Shown piece after piece: positions 62,232 to 64,000 of a stretch of DNA of 64,000 nucleotides. The first letter of the stretch is position 1. Each line of letters begins with the position of its first letter. The DNA comes from Mobula hypostoma. Its lineage: Eukaryota. The notes under the pieces were generated by a model. It was not told the DNA's origin. It searched no databases and saw only the letters and a list, made by a program, of their open reading frames with translations. A program made the position numbers and the translations under genes. The stretch spans positions 108,688,001-108,752,000 of the forward strand of contig NC_086107.1 of assembly GCF_963921235.1 (NCBI RefSeq), written 5' to 3'.

Positions 62232-63790
62232 CAGGCCCTTTGTGCCACAATGTTGTGCCAACCTTTTAACATACTCTAACGGTGCGAAAAACAAAAGAAA
62301 AAATCCAGTGAGCCGCAGTTCTGGGGGTGAAAACACCTTGTTAATGAGAGAGGTCAGAGGAGAATGGCCAGGCTGGTTCAAGCTGACAGGAAGGTGACAG
62401 TAACTCAAATAACCATGTGTTACAACAGTGGTGTGCAGACAATCATCTCTAAACATACAACACATTGAAGTGGATGGGCTACAGCAGCAGAAGACCATGA
62501 ACACACACTCGCTGGCCACTTTATAAGGTGCAGGAGACAGCTAATAAAGTGGCCTCTGAGTGTAGATATAAGGAGGCAGGATAAGCCCAACTGATCGCTT
62601 GAGTTTCCCCTATCATTCACTAAGCTCATGCAGATCTTCTACTTCAGTTCCACTTTGCAAAGTACAATCACAATATCCCACAAGATCCAAGAATGGGTCA
62701 GACCATGCTTTGAATGAACTCACTGACCTATCCTCCACAACAGTCTGGCGCAGAGAATTCCAAGCACTTATTGAATTAATTTAGTTATTAATAAATAGGT
62801 AAATTTATTAATTTTTAGCGATACATTGCAGCATCGGCCCTTTCTTGGCCCTTCGAGCCATGCTGCCCCAGCAACCTTGCAGCCCCGATTCACCCTAACC
62901 TAATCACAGGACAATTTACACCGACTAGTTAACCTACCTGGCTCATTATTGGACTGTGGGAGAAACCGGAGCACCCAGGGAAAATCCAAGCATTCCACGG
63001 GGAGGATATACAGAGGCTTCTTACAGAGGACACTGGGGTTGTATACACTGGAATTTAGAAGGATGAGAGGGGATCTGATTGAAACATATAAGATTATTAA
63101 GGGATTGGACACGCTAGAGGCAGGAAGCATGTTCCCGTTGTTGGGGGAGTCCAGAACCAGAGGCCACAGTTTAAGAATAAGGGGTAGACAATTTAGAACG
63201 AAGTTGAGGAAAAAGTTTATCACCCAGAGGGTTGTGGTTCTGTGGAATGCTCTGCCTCAGAAGGCAGTGGAGGCCAATTCTCTGGATTCTTTCAAGAAAG
63301 AGTTATAGAGCTCTTAAAGATAGCGGAGTCAGGGGATATGGGGAGAAGGCAGGAAAAGGGTACTGATTGTGGATGATCAGCCATGATCACAGTGAATGGC
63401 GGTGCTGGCTCAAAGGGCTGAATGGCCTTCTCCTGCACCTAATGTCTATTGACACCAGGATTGAACTTGGAGCTCCAGAATGCCCCAAGCTTTAATAGCA
63501 TCGCACTAACTAATGCATTACTGTGGTGTCCCATTTCTGTGTTTGTTATTTTCCAAGTGAATAAAATTCTCCTCATTTTAATTCTGCACAGGCAACCTCT
63601 TATTCTAAGGCTGGTGAACTCCTGTTTCTGAACTCCACTGCCAAGGAGAACATTTCCCCCCACTCCAGAGAAATCTTGGAAGCTTCAATGAAATCACCTC
63701 TAACTGTACCAATCTCAGCAAAATGAAGGGCCCAGTTTCTCCATGTACAGCAAACTGATCCGTACCAGAAAGGAATCTTCTCGCACTCAC

Positions 63791-63889
63791 CCAGCAGTAG
63801 GGGTTGTTAGCAGACACCACAGGCAGGAAGTCGTGTGCTGGGATGATCAGTAACACAAAGACCAACCCAGAGTCGTCATCGACCAGATC
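63791..63889 (-). CDS. Candidate 99-nt exon (DLVDDDSGLVFVLLIIPAHDFLPVVSANNPYCW)
   Basis: TTTGGTCCTTAG| ... TGG|GTGAGT; only one frame open; phase 0-0. Confidence 0.45.
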
Positions 63890-64000
63890 CTAAGGACCAA
63901 ATATCATGGACTTCAACTCCACCAGTTGTTACCTGTGACTTGTGTGACGAAGGCCCATAACTGACTACGGACGGCACATGACGCAGTCAGTAAAACACTC

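Overview
Eukaryotic, repeat-dominated vertebrate DNA, not prokaryotic. The repeat set (CR1/HER1-type LINEs, V-SINE/HE1-like tRNA SINEs, Rex1/Babar LINEs, Penelope-like elements, RTE, HERO, Tc1, Tigger, Chapaev) points to a cartilaginous fish, probably a ray; this is inference. Most ORFs in the track are transposon fragments or chance frames. Best-supported features: (1) a TSD-bounded, near full-length RTE LINE (53501-57616) with a CpG-island-like 5' extension; (2) a four-level LINE nest at 23.4-28.5 kb with an L1-associated deletion; (3) about a dozen short Penelope-derived units carrying a minimal type I hammerhead ribozyme motif, some as inverted pairs; (4) solo LTRs with TSDs; (5) a 37-bp minisatellite; (6) non-autonomous bipartite RTE- and Rex1-derived elements. 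Splice-signal reading of unique DNA gives low-to-moderate confidence exons of an unidentified minus-strand gene (about 43.9-63.9 kb) and a possible small plus-strand gene (11.8-19.3 kb). Neither could be named.
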